DNA of 64,000 nt, taken from Klebsormidium nitens (taxonomy: Eukaryota; Plantae; Klebsormidiophyceae). The position numbers were made by a program, and so were the translations under genes. The notes below the pieces were generated by a model, which saw only the letters and a list, made by a program, of their open reading frames with translations, was not told the origin of the DNA and ran no database searches. Within the stretch, counting starts at the first letter, position 1, and each line of letters starts with the position of its first letter. This document shows, one piece after another, positions 24,586 through 36,867 of this stretch. Where the stretch lies: positions 62,001 through 126,000 of the forward strand of contig DF237040.1 in assembly GCA_000708835.1 (NCBI GenBank). Direction: 5' to 3'.

Positions 24586-27500
24586 AGCTTTCAAGGGGTT
24601 GCTGATGACCCCGTCAATCAGCCCATACTCCATGGCTTCCTTTGAGCTCATGAAGAAATCGCGATCGGTGTCGGAGACAATCTTTTCCAGCGGCTGGCCG
24701 GTGTGGTATGCGAGGTACCCGTTCAGGTTGGCCTTGTGGTGCAAAATCTCGTTCGCCTGGGGAGACACAGAACAAAGAGGTCATTTCAGTAGGTCTGCGA
24801 AAGGATACGTGTTGCGCGAAAGCAGAGCGACTCCAGTTGGCACAAAACAGACTTCAGAGTGCATTGTCTTGCTTTCATGTTGCAGCTGTACGTAAGCTGT
24901 GCATTCAATCAGAATGGGAGAAAGAGAAAGAAGGGCCAAAAGGAAAGACATCACAGACCCTCGAAGAACTTGCATAAATAGTGACGCCACTGATGACAGT
25001 GCCCAGTTGACACGCGGACCAACAGCAGCGCGCCCATACGGAATCAAATGTGTCTTCAAAGGAGACGAAGGCATATGACACGGTGAGCGTGGACGCTGAC
25101 ACGCGCTAGACCTCAAACCTGAGAGGAGAAGGGGCGTCCTGCATTTAGAGCTAGCTCTCAAGACACGCCAGATGTCCATGCATCTCAGACATTCGCTAGA
25201 AGCAGCGTACCTGAATTTCGACGTCCGTCTGCTGCCCCTGCGCCCCTCCCAGCGGCTGATGGATCATAATGCGCGCATTGGGTAGTGCGTACCGCTTGCC
25301 TGCAAAGAGAACGCCCACAACGTGAGGATGACTGCGGACGGTTGAGCTCAATGCGTTGGTAATCTCAAACGGGGAACACGCTTAGCATTGGTGATCCCAC
25401 CGGAAAGCAAACATGGCGTGGCTGATCCCGATCGGAGATGAAACACAGCGTTCGTGAACCCAAACGGGAAGCAATTATTGACATAGTCAGTTTAAAAAAA
25501 AAGTGTTCCTACTAGGTCAAATCAGAAAGGGACGTTACGAACAGGCGCAGTGGCCCAATGGCAGCCCGCCCATCGGACTGCTCAGCAGCAAACAATGCGA
25601 AAAGGACAAAGTAAGCCACAATTAATGATCGTTGCCCGCAGGAGGAAATAAACAGTGTTCTTCACTGCCTGGCACGCGCTCCTTACCTTTCGTTCCTCCG
25701 CTGAGAAGGAAGGCTCCCATACTGGCGGCCAAACCAACGCAGACGGTGCTCACGTCGCACCGGATGTGCCGCATGGTGTCAAAGATGGCCATCCCTGAAC
25801 GGGCGAAATGCATAACGGTTGGTTTGACACTCACTTTCTTGAAACCGGGTACAGTCCGTGCGTTTTAGGAAGTGGCATTTCAGCACAGAGGAAGGCTAAT
25901 TTGGCTTCGCTAGGCGCTCTTCACGACAAAAAAACCCGTGCAGGCTAAAGCGATTTTCCAGATCTGCAGTGTCGCTTTTTACGTAATGACTTCTAATCCA
26001 CTTGAGAGCAGTCATCAGGAACTTTAGTTGCGGAACTCTAACCCAGTGCCCCAAGTGCGAACACACGCTGTGCCATTTTCTACACCAGAGCAACTTGCTA
26101 GCACAGGATGCAGATGAGCTGCAAATGGTCATCTTGATCGGCGAGCAGCCTGAACAGTGGGAGCTCTCAACAGATTCGTAGAACTATCAACAGAGTTCGC
26201 TGTGCATCCTACCTGCAGTAACCGATCCACCGGGGGAGTTCACGTACATAATGATGTCCTGCATCATGAGTTGGCGGGGAGGTTTGCAGACGGCAAGATA
26301 ATATGGCTACAACTGTTGCATTGGACTGACGCAAGATAGTCAGCGTGCTTCTCATGAAGTAGCACAACATTCCATAACAGCTATTTAGAAGATGCTTTCG
26401 CAAACCCAAAGAACGCCTGCGTTGGTCCGCACTTGTCGCCTTCCATCCTTTCTCTTTGTGGGACGTCTTACATGCTCCCTAGTCCAGATAAACCGCTGCT
26501 AAACACCGCTGGCTCGAACAAACACTCTCATCCACACATAAACGCCATAAGGAAACGCTCCAGGCGGTGCTACGGTCACCCTCAGACAGTTTCGACTGAC
26601 CACACAAAAAGACGAGAAGCGGGCAATCACCTTGCCGGGATCTGCCGCGTCGAGGTACAGCAGCTGAGCCACGATAATGTTGGCCATGTCGTCATCAACC
26701 GCTCCTCCACAGCGGATAATCCTCTGAAAACACACGATAGAGGATAAGCTCTCGGAATCTATCATTCGGTGTGTTGACGTTCTTTGAGACGACTCCTTCA
26801 GACGTATTGGACTATCCAATCTGGACGACTCCTTCGGATGTGTTGAAGTATCCAATCTGGAAGAATGAATGCGCTGCTTGATCTCATTGGCCAGCACAGA
26901 CCGCAAGCTGCTTCCAAAGCAAGCTGCTTGAGACGAGCACTCGGTGCGACCCATGTAAGATCGCGGCATGTCTTCAGACACGTGGCAGAGAAAGTTTGCT
27001 TAAGTGTACACATCCGGTGTTCTCTAATGTCCCTCTGACTTATTACCTTCAGGCGGACCAAGCTGGACACGCACATCATCGCATGCAACAGCTTCCCTTT
27101 CGAGGCTTGTGTTCTGCCAATCACATCAAGTAGAGCAATAAATCATGGTAGCGCAGAAGTACTCACGTGCTGAAAGAGCTGGCTGATAACGCCCTGAAAC
27201 CGCTCAACCATCCCCGGCGGAGGGCCCTGCCCGTCCGCACGAATGTCACCCATCAGAGCAGAGTACGGGGTTTCAATGTTCCTGCATGAACAGATGTCAC
27301 CGGCTGAGTGCTAAGCTAGCATACACATTTGCATAATAGCTAGAATGTTGTTGGTTGATACTTGTGGTCCACCCCAGGTTGAGATCGACTGACCTAGGAT
27401 AAGAGGCACGCTCACATGCATCTTCTGCTTGTACGCATGGAAAAAGAGGTAGCCAAGCAATGATTAAGAAACTCCCGTCTGCCGCCGCAACTCATCACGG

Positions 27501-28894
27501 AAACCATTTCTCAACATCACCCGTTGCGGAAGAGCATTTCAAAAAGTCGACCGCAGTAACTCTAAGGTGTGCTCTTAGACACGAAGTGAATGGAGAATTA
27601 AGAGGTATGTGGCAACTGATAGGAAGTTTGCGACCAATCAAAACCAACTATGAGCAGATTGCTCTGAAACGCGACAAGTCGCTCAAATGCACACCATGGG
27701 TGCCTAAGCAGCACACATTGTTGATGCTTGTTGATGCTGCTTTGTAGGCAACAAGTCTCAAGACACACACCTCCCGGCAGCTAGCGCTTAGGCTTTATAC
27801 AGCTTGGGTTTCATACATGAGAGCCTTAAAAATGCATCAACAATCCTCTGAAGAGACACATCCAGCCACTTCTTTCAATCGCAAGAGCACTGAAACTTTC
27901 CACTTGCATAACCAACCCGTGTTCTGCTTCTTCTCACTGTAGATGGAATGTAAACCTACCGATTGTCAACGGGAAAGATTATCATTGCTTGCGCTGAGTC
28001 ACCAATTGTCCCACAACCTTATACATCGCCTCAGGAAGACGCCCATTGGTATCCAAGATATTCCATTTCGAGCCAAGAAACGCTGATCCATAACCCAAGA
28101 AACGAGTGTGACACCAGCAAGAAAGGCTTACGAGATGGAGGTAATTGGCGATGCTGCTCCAGAAAGTCCTGGGTACCCCTGTTCTGACATGAGCCCTGGC
28201 GACCGGAACCCCTCTGCGGCGGCCACTATACTCCTGTTACACATACAAATGAAGTTGAGACTCCTCATCAGTGGAGAAACTGTTTGAAGGTGCTCTAAAG
28301 GTTTTGCATATGCGCAAAAAGACAGAGCACTTATGAACTGTGCCCAACAATACTTTGCATATTTCCACTCACAGACTGCCTCTCAGGATTGAGCCTCTCA
28401 GCGGATTGTCTTAAAGGCCTCAACTATTCGCATGTCACTGCCAGCCACAATGCTATCATCTGACAGATAGCATTTGTGTGTCAACCTTATCAAGGTTTGC
28501 ATCAGTCACTTCTTACATGATTAGGCGGTGCAAAGTCCGACACAGCTCTTTGCAGAGGTGTCATCTTCTTTCGGGAGTGCTGAAACGCCACCAGCGTACC
28601 ATGCACGGAATTATGTCATTGCAACAAAGAGTTGGACGGATGCTTCCAACATGAGACGCGGGCATGCCCAATCAACAAGAATCAACCAGACACGCAAAGA
28701 AAGCTTTCTCACCTGGCCTTCTGACTTGCTTTTCTGTTCACCGCCAAACTTTTAGTTTTCAAAGCCGCGCCTCTGAAGGGTGTGGACAGAGTGCAGGGCA
28801 TCTGCCTATGCTCAACCTGCTGTGTTCTGCTTGGGGCACTCGCCGCCACCCCTGCCGCACCTGCAGCCACGCCTCGCACTACGCTGGAGGCCAT
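24541..28894 (-). CDS. CLPP5: Nuclear-encoded plastid ATP-dependent Clp protease proteolytic subunit 5, 316 aa, 8 exons
   Basis: Exons 28894-28713, 28233-28132, 27281-27167, 26723-26631, 26258-26213, 25794-25687, 25299-25211 and 24756-24541 total 951 nt. Ala/Ser/Arg-rich transit peptide. [44 protein letters not shown] is ClpP5-type. Catalytic motifs GLAASMG, MIHQP and DRDFFMS are present. Confidence 0.95.
26788..26859. repeat. 36-bp tandem duplication in a CLPP5 intron
   Basis: gacgactccttcagacgtattggactatccaatctg followed directly by gacgactccttcggatgtgttgaagtatccaatctg. Confidence 0.85.
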
Positions 28895-29539
28895 TCTGAC
28901 ACCAAATCAAACAACCTATCGTTCAACGACCTCCTCTACAAAGCAGGCCGTACAAGCTTTTGGAAAGGGGCGGATTACAACTCAGTTGGTAACCAGCAGT
29001 GAGACAGCAATGTTCTCTTCTCAGCAATGGCAAAAGTTGCTGTGCACATCAATTTAGCTCACAAATTGTTCTCTGCCTCTGTTCCTCGGTGACGAATCCT
29101 TGCGTGAGTACTCTTACAGTACCGTTATCGAAAAGCGGCGCCAAAGGCATCGCCCTTAACGCTTGTTTTGGCAGGGCGAATGCAAGAACCGGCTGCTCCT
29201 GCCGTTACGCCTGCCGTGTGTGGCGGCCTCAAGATTGGTAGGCGTGGCAGAAGCAGCATTCAGCAAAGCTCATATTTTCGTTCTCATGCAAGGGGAAGAC
29301 AGGAACACAAGTTACAACTGAGCTGAAGCAATCTGCATACATGTCTGTTCTCGGTAGGAGGATCCTAGACCGAGACCGGACTCTTATATCTTCGGACTGT
29401 TGGCGTTGCCGACCCATTTATACCGGGCTCGTGTGTGTGTGTTCGGTGTTGGCACCTTCTCACGAGTCCATTGTCTCATCCATCTTCGGTCAACAGCGCA
29501 CACAGTTGGTTATCCTGCCGTCCTCTTTTGACGGTAAGA

Positions 29540-31021
29540 ATGGCAGAAGACGGAAACCTCGAAAGTGACTGCCCCTTTGACCGGCTCTCTGACGAGATCC
29601 TTCAGCAGATCCTTGAACGGGCATGCGGTTGGAATTGGTGTCTTCCTGTGTGGAAGCTGCCAGACCTGGCTGGAGATGGCTGCTGGGTGTCAGCCCGCAA
29701 ACTGAATACTCTTTCGGGCGTTTGTCAGAGATTCAGGCAGCTGAACGTTGCGGGGACCGCCAAGCATGTTATTTGGGCATTCCAAAAGGCTGGCACGCCG
29801 ATGGTTGGGGTTGCAGCCATGAGCCAGACTGGCGAGCATCTACGGAGTCTGGCAATGCACTACATACAGCGGGATGAGTCTCGTGAGCAGGGCCAAAGGA
29901 TTCAAGCTAGTGCTTCCATTGAGTTGCTAACTGCTATCCTTAGGCAGTCAACCAATCTCGACACCTTCTTATTGGTTGACAATCGGCTCCCGCAAAGTGA
30001 GGAAGCCTCTCAACATCTCTGGAAACTGATTGGAGGACTTCCTCTCAGGCGCTTCTGGTTGGTAGATTCGGGATTCAGTTGCTTGGAGCGAATGAGAAGT
30101 ACACTGAAGTTCCGGCATTTGGTGGAAGTGAAAATAAAGTCTACAAGCATTTCTGACCAATTTGTTGACTCCCTATTACGCCAAGCTCCTGTGCTTGAGA
30201 CACTGTGCCTGAAAGGGTGTACTGGTCTAGAAGAGCCGAGTTTCCAGTCTCAAAGTCTGAAGGACTTGAGCTTAGATTTGAACCTCATCTATGATTTGAG
30301 AAGCGGCGCAGTGGTTGTCAACGCACCAAATCTGAGGTCTCTGATGGGGATTCCTAAGCTCCGCCTTCTTCGCCTACACGCCCCCCTGCTTGATCGGCTG
30401 GGTTTGCTTGGTCCAGTATCAGTTATTGAACCTGAGAACCATAGATTCAAGCTGTCAGAGCTGAAGATTGAAGGAGACAAGTGGCGGATGGCACAACTAG
30501 AGGGGCTTTTGCATAAGTTCAGGCCTTCGGAGAAACTCAAGCTCGTGTTTGACATGAAGTACTGGGCCCAAGATAGTGAAGCTCGCTGTCTCTCCACGTT
30601 CTTGCAAAAAATGCCTCCCACATTGATTCAGTGGAATGTGAGCACAGCAAGTAGTCAGCTATACGTCGGAGAAAACTGCTCAAGTAAGCTGCGCAGAATC
30701 CAATTCGATCTGCTCAAGTATGTGCACTTCGTCGTGTTATCTCGCGAGGACTTCAAGGTGATGACTGCACTCTTGGGTTGTTGCCCAAAGCTTGAGAAGG
30801 TAGTTGTAGAGTTGAGGCATCTTGAAAGTCCCGTAGACAAGCTTGCAACGAGGGCCGTTGAACTGCAAAAAGCCCACCCGCATGCAGACATAAGCTTTGA
30901 GGAGCCCCCTCATTACGTGTCATCAGGACTTCTTTTAGAGACAGCAGAGATGGGCCAGGAGGCAATGGACGCACTGTTACAAGAGTGCTACCCGCCGTCG
31001 TGGCGTAGAGGATTCCAATAA
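29540..31021 (+). CDS. Intronless F-box/LRR (RNI-like) protein, about 493 aa
   Basis: Single open frame from ATG 29540. F-box PFDRLSDEILQQILERA..LSGVCQRFR. LRR-like segments LRRFWL, LRHLVEVKI, LETLCLKGC, LKDLSLDL, LRSLMG, LRRIQF and CPKLEKVVV. Confidence 0.82.
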   Translation: MAEDGNLESDCPFDRLSDEILQQILERACGWNWCLPVWKLPDLAGDGCWVSARKLNTLSGVCQRFRQLNVAGTAKHVIWAFQKAGTPMVGVAAMSQTGEHLRSLAMHYIQRDESREQGQRIQASASIELLTAILRQSTNLDTFLLVDNRLPQSEEASQHLWKLIGGLPLRRFWLVDSGFSCLERMRSTLKFRHLVEVKIKSTSISDQFVDSLLRQAPVLETLCLKGCTGLEEPSFQSQSLKDLSLDLNLIYDLRSGAVVVNAPNLRSLMGIPKLRLLRLHAPLLDRLGLLGPVSVIEPENHRFKLSELKIEGDKWRMAQLEGLLHKFRPSEKLKLVFDMKYWAQDSEARCLSTFLQKMPPTLIQWNVSTASSQLYVGENCSSKLRRIQFDLLKYVHFVVLSREDFKVMTALLGCCPKLEKVVVELRHLESPVDKLATRAVELQKAHPHADISFEEPPHYVSSGLLLETAEMGQEAMDALLQECYPPSWRRGFQ

Positions 31022-31526
31022 GTTGCGCTATTGAGAGCCTTGGCGTCATTGGCAGCTCAAAGGTGCAGTCGGGGCTTTGTATCTCTTGTAATTAAGACTG
31101 CTTTCATTGTTAGTATGTGATTGAATTCTAGCCACTCTACTTCAGAACTGCCTTAACGTCTAACTCAGATGCAGAGTGACTCGTCATGATGGATACTTCT
31201 CTTGTAGCCCGTGCGAATCAAATGATGCAACAACTATGTTGGGAGTTTGTGAGAAGTGATCGACTTTTTCCTTGTGAAGTATATGCATGTTACTAACTGC
31301 ATATAACTTAAGGACTTGGATTACGCACATGCCAGCTCAAACTCCATGCACAATATGAGCCTTCATGCGCGGCAGGCCTAGCTGGCGGCCGGGCCTGCAG
31401 CTTGCAACTTCATAAAACTTGCGCGGATCATGTCGGATGAAGGACACGGGAGAGCTATGGTGCGGATTTCGATTGCAGCAAATTGGTAGCGTTGTCCTAC
31501 GATAAGCCGGCAAACACCGTCCGCAG

Positions 31527-31660
31527 AACCTACTGAAAACCTTCAATCGTATACCTACGTATGTCGCAGATTGGTACGCCTGCCGTGCGTGCGGAAATTC
31601 CAATTTGCCGCAATCTTGGCTCAAATTTCAATTTTCGTAGGTCAATCGTAGGTGTAGGTA
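31527..31660. mobile_element. Putative small non-autonomous (MITE-like) element, copy 1
   Basis: Imperfect inverted ends: aacctactgaaaa at 31527 versus ttttcgtaggt at 31632. Diverged similarity to 36055-36160. No target-site duplication established. Confidence 0.3.
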
Positions 31661-32199
31661 TTGAAATGCGGTGTTAACAATAATTCTGCATGAGCCTCGT
31701 GTATGCGGCTCAAGTAACTCAACCAAGCTGAGCAGGCTGCAGCACATTTGCATGCCATGGCCAGGCCCCAGCCTGCCAAGGCACTCCGCCATCCTTGTAA
31801 GCTTGTAGCATTGGGTTGGCAATGGAGCAGGGGTATGGTGCCTCTCCGTTTTGGCAGGATACAGTGGCCTTAGACAATTGTGTAATGTCTTTCATTATGG
31901 AGCAACCGCTGAGGTTGCTGCCTTCGCCATGCCTTCTGGGTCATGAGGGCTGGCTTCTTTTTGCTAGCAACATCTAAGTCAGGCCGCGGTCAGGGGTTTT
32001 TTTCTTCATTCAGATGCACTAGCAGGCTTTTACTTGAAGCCTGAAGTTGCAAGCCTGGCGCTTGGCTAGATATTGCCCAAGCTGTCTTGCCGCGAAGTGA
32101 ACTCCGCGGTGGATGCTGTTGCAACTCAAGAATGGTCTGGCAGTATTAAATGGAGCCGGATACTCAGGAGAAGGGACGCCACTGGAGACTGGGTTTTCC

Positions 32200-34700
32200 C
32201 TCAAGGAGGTAAGCATTTTGCAACTTGGAAGCTTGCGAGCCCGGCAAATGTTGCTCTTTGTGCCCCGTAGGATCTGTTGGAAGGACTTGCTTGCCTGGCA
32301 GGTGGGCCAATTGTTAATTCAGAAGCCTTAGCATCTGTCTCTGCTGAATGCAATGTAATCTTCATAATAGACACGAAAGTGGTGAAGCTAAAGCTCTGAT
32401 TGATCAGCGATGCTGTCAGCCTTCCACCAGCAGAATCTAGTACGTCACATACCTTCACATTTACCATAGAGCTTGAGCTTTGGATCAGCTCTGATTAAGA
32501 AGTTTTCTGACAAGGGGGCAGCCACACAAAGCTGAGTCACTTGCATTAGCTCAGAAATTGCCAAGCTCTATTGTAAAGAATACCAAGTTTCAGTCACTGC
32601 ATTATTTCAGATTCTGTCCCGCGTGAGCACCAGTGCTGCGATCTGCATGCACAGCATACTCTACTGCCAAAGCGGGCTCTTTCAGCTGCCTTGAGGTGGT
32701 GGTCTCCTTATCAGGCCCCCTAGATGTCAGAAAAGCTTTGCCAATTTTGAGCAATTGTTTGCAGCTAATCAGATAACTAGAACTTACATGGAAAAAAGAG
32801 TTCAACCAAGCATGGTTGCCTGATGCAGTTGTGCAATTTTGAAGTTGGCCTGCTGACAAATGTTTTGAATCCTTGCAGGTGATCAGATAACGTTTTGTTA
32901 CACAAAGCTGCCACCTGAGTCCGCCAGCTGCGAGATGCGGTAAGACCTATTAAGATGCTCTTTTAACTTCAACAACAATCTGGCAAAGTGCACGTTGCGG
33001 ATTGTTGCTGTTCTGCTTCAGGTTTCACTGTCACCATCCGGTGACAAAGTTTTGAGGCAGCGGCATCTTGGGGCATCTGCCCACTCGAATATGTGAGGCC
33101 CAATTGTCGAGTTGCGTCAGAAGCCATTGGATGTGTTCAGCCAATAAGTTGATGTAACCATGGCCCAGGTCGTTGGGGCAACTTGGATGAAGCAGAGTGG
33201 TTTGCTGGGAGTAAAAGCAAGTCCGCACACCGGATTCTGTGTCTGACTTGTGGAAGTTTCTGTGCATCGGTGTGTGACTCAACACGCTGCCACTGAACTT
33301 TTGCAGCACCCCTAGACGTACTGTCGAAGGCATCCACGACGCATCTGTCGACGACGTCAAATATACGGTCTGGCCCTAGTGATTCTCGTTAGAGGCTCAT
33401 GGTAGAATTCAATGGATCCCATGGCTTCGAATCAAATGGATCACATGGCTTCAACTTTGGTTTTGTTGTCATGACTCGGATTCCTTTGGAACATATGCGA
33501 CCACCAATGAAATGTTGGAAAGTGACTTCTTCAAACAGTACTATTCGCTAAACGCCTCCCAACGGCAAGACAAGTTTGTGCGCCATGACGCTAATCAGTT
33601 TGTTATATAATCCTGTAGGACAGCCTTGACGATGCATGCATGAGAATTCGATAGAACATGCAAGCTACATTTGGCAGCACGGCGGCAAAAGATCTGATCG
33701 ACTTAGAGGGCATGGTGCAATCAAAGGTTCAGCCTTCCGTGCGTATACAATTATGTCTTTATTGCCCATAGTTGGTCACCAGGTGTGCGCAGTATGCCAT
33801 CCATGCACATTTTTTGCATGCCATCGGGTAGATGCCATTTCAAGCCCACAGACGTGTAATAAAGATAAGTTCAATAGCAATGTCATCCGGCACATGTACA
33901 AGAGCATTGATCCTAATGAATCAATGGGGTGCACATCCATATGCCGTACATCAACATGATCAATATATATGACTATGCTAGGAAGTACGCCAGCGACTTC
34001 TGTGAACAGCTTGCCTGGTTGCTTATGTATATTGATGGGCTCAGTGGAATTCAAGCGTCTTACAATGTCGTATGGGACGGTTTGTGCACCTCTCGAAAAG
34101 TTCTGTATCAACTCAATTGCGCGGTCTTAATAAGTCAAAAGAAGGCGATTCTCGAGCACAGTTCAAAGAGTGCAACTTCTGGATTGATGTACGTATATGT
34201 ACACCACGTCTCCAGCAAGGCTTCTTGAAGATGCACCAGGTCAGACGCAACTTTCTCACTCTGCCCTGCAACAACTTATTCAAGCGCTATGATCAGTTCG
34301 TATTCCTAGCCACTCCTTTTGCATACTCGATGAATAGCTATTGTTGACCTATGTAAGCTTGTCAGATCCGGAAGCGGCGCACCCGAAATCTAGACGCGGG
34401 CGTCAACATAATCGAGCGTTTGTAATCTGTTTTGCAAACAGACGCGGAGGCAACAGTCCATTAAATGACCACCATTTAAGACCAAGCGCTGTCAACCGCA
34501 CTCTTTTACTGCGTATCACAAGGCAGCAATGACCGGGGGCGAAGAACAGCATGAGTACATGTCCAGTCGCGCGCAATGAGTCACCAATGAGCTGCCTGAT
34601 GTTCTCAAGATAGATGTCAACGATACACAAGACATTATAACTGGCAGCTGTTACGGATTGTTTGAACCTATGATACACCCTGAAATATAAGAGAGACAGA
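32200..34700 (-). pseudogene. Possible heavily decayed SGNH/GDSL-hydrolase-like gene fragments
   Basis: Stop-interrupted frames include LLHPSCPNDLGHGYINLLAEHIQWLL (resembles D-x-HP-N-x2-GH) and YDIVRRL upstream. Weak resemblance only. Confidence 0.2.
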
Positions 34701-36054
34701 AGACAGTGAAAGGCAAGTAGGCCACTTCATTGATTTGCTAGCTCTCTTTGGACCGGATATGAGCAGATTGCACCCAATTTTTCCCGACATAGCTCAGAAC
34801 AGAGGCATCCAGTCTGACAGAAGTTACATTGTTTCAAAGAAAACAGGCCACAAATGAGGCAAACCAAACCCTGAAAACAATTCAAACTCTGCCAGCTCTC
34901 AGTTTGGAAGTTGGGCAGATCTCGCCTGAATCTCCAGCAGTCTTGTCGGGGCCAGTCCTGACACAAGCCCCAGTTCTCATCAAATCAAAGCAGCCTCATC
35001 CCAGCTTCCTCCTCCGTCCGTAACGATGGCATGCCGCCATACAGCTCACCCACAGCTCACTTTGTTGCTGTTGTGCATCTTCATTGCCTGCGCAGCAACC
35101 AGGCACACATGCATCTGCACCATGCCAGCTGCCCATCAACCTGCCATTTGCATCATTCACAAGGTCTAAAATGAGTTACTAGGTCTCTAAGCTGCACCCA
35201 ACGATCAGCAATGCCCCAGCAATGACCAAGACATCGCTGAAAAGCCGGGTTGGCAAGGTGGACAGAACTGGCTGATCACAATGCTGGATACTCCTTGCTT
35301 TAGAAGAATATTTGAACAAACAATAATGCAAAGCAAAGATTCAGTGGTAGTATCCTCGCTTGCTGGAGTTCAACATTGGACAGTATCCTCGCGCTGGCGT
35401 TGTCACGGTAGGCGCCCAGGCTAAGCATGCTGATCGTTAACTACCTGCTGCTGTGGCTGCTCCAGCTGATATTACTTCTGCTCCTTCCTTCCTTCAGACT
35501 GCTCAAGCCCTGGCTGCTAATTGTGCAGCATGCAATCGCGTGCCTCTAGGCTCTAGGCCTACAGTAGCTGGGCTCAGCCTACAGTAGTTGGGCGCCACCG
35601 ATGTTTATTGTTCCCTGACCTTGACACTCGCCTGCGGCCTTCATCTTGAGGGATCGACACTTGGCCGGGCCCCACTTTCGATTCGATCAACTCGTCACGG
35701 CTTGGCTGCAAGTGGTCCAGTGACGAAGTACAATTTGACGGGGCCCCACCCTGGGTGGCACCGCGAGTAAGTTTGCCCTAGCTACGAAATGGCTGCCGCA
35801 TTTGCTTGTGGAGGGATTGAAAAGCACCTACCAAGGCATGCCTCCGGATCATACCAGCATGAAGATGATGTTGCGTCATGTTGTGGACGTTGGTATCCAC
35901 CACTGGACAAGACGCCATGAGTGAGCTTTCGAAGAGCAAGCAAGCAGTCTGCCTAAAACCTTCACCATGGTCAGGGACAGTTTCCTACTATTCGCAGGGT
36001 TTAGGTACGAATTCGTACTTTTTGCCACGCAGAGCCTGCGTATATGTAGGTCCC

Positions 36055-36160
36055 GACCTGCTGAAAACCAACGACCGCAACCTACCGATGACCTACCGGG
36101 GGTAGGTCCGGCGTACGTATATCGCGGCAATATTTCAGAATTTGCACGCGGTCAAATCCG
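36055..36160. mobile_element. Putative diverged copy 2 of the same small repeat
   Basis: gacctgctgaaaaccaacgaccgcaacctaccgatg aligns with aacctactgaaaaccttcaatcgtatacctacgtatg, mostly by transitions. Shared gtacg, aatttgc and tcaaat blocks follow. Confidence 0.3.
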
Positions 36161-36202
36161 CACCGTAACTCTCCCGTGGACGTCGTACTATGATCGAGTG
36201 CA

Positions 36203-36272
36203 TTCGATGACATGCACATGATCTCAGATCTCCTCGATCGAACTAGTCTGAGATCATGTGCATGTCATCGAA
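36203..36272. repeat. Perfect 26-bp inverted repeat with an 18-nt loop
   Basis: ttcgatgacatgcacatgatctcaga (36203-36228) and tctgagatcatgtgcatgtcatcgaa (36247-36272) are exact reverse complements. Confidence 0.95.
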
Positions 36273-36867
36273 CATGCACAACGATCTGCAACGCGCAGGC
36301 CGCGCGCTTCATGCAATCGCTCACTGAACAGATGGCCGGCTCGCATAAACAGGCCGGGCACTGTCATTTGATGAATAGGGTACGTGTACCGTACCAACCG
36401 CTTAATACAACATTCGATCCAATCCAATCCGTAGCTATGCGCCCATCTTCACACGCATGTGCATAGATCTAATTTGTGCGGCCTACTAGCAATCCGAACG
36501 TTGAGCCCATGATCGAGGGCACATCAAGACATCGCGGCCAGGCCTCTGAAATATATGCTGATCTGCAGCGCCCTATCTCTGTCGGTACATAAATGGACGT
36601 ACTGCATGTAAATGGCCAATGCGACAGCCCACCGATCCTTGTTTCGATTGACCGGCCAGGCCGCTTTGCTGGAGCTGTAATTTCCTATATCAACGTACAG
36701 CTCTACATACCGATGAAAGGATGAGTCGCATTGTCAAAACCAACTCAGAGCACAAGAGTCACTTCGCCTGTTACTCTGGTCGTCTCAGTAGACAGGAGGG
36801 CGAGATCGCGAAATGAAGCCTTTCAGCTAAGGTTCCTCCGGCCTTAAGAAAGTCAATGAGTCCTATG

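Noticed and set aside
24239-24895. 218-aa plus-strand ORF with GVGVGV
   Set aside because: It is antisense to the last CLPP5 exon and its TP repeat.
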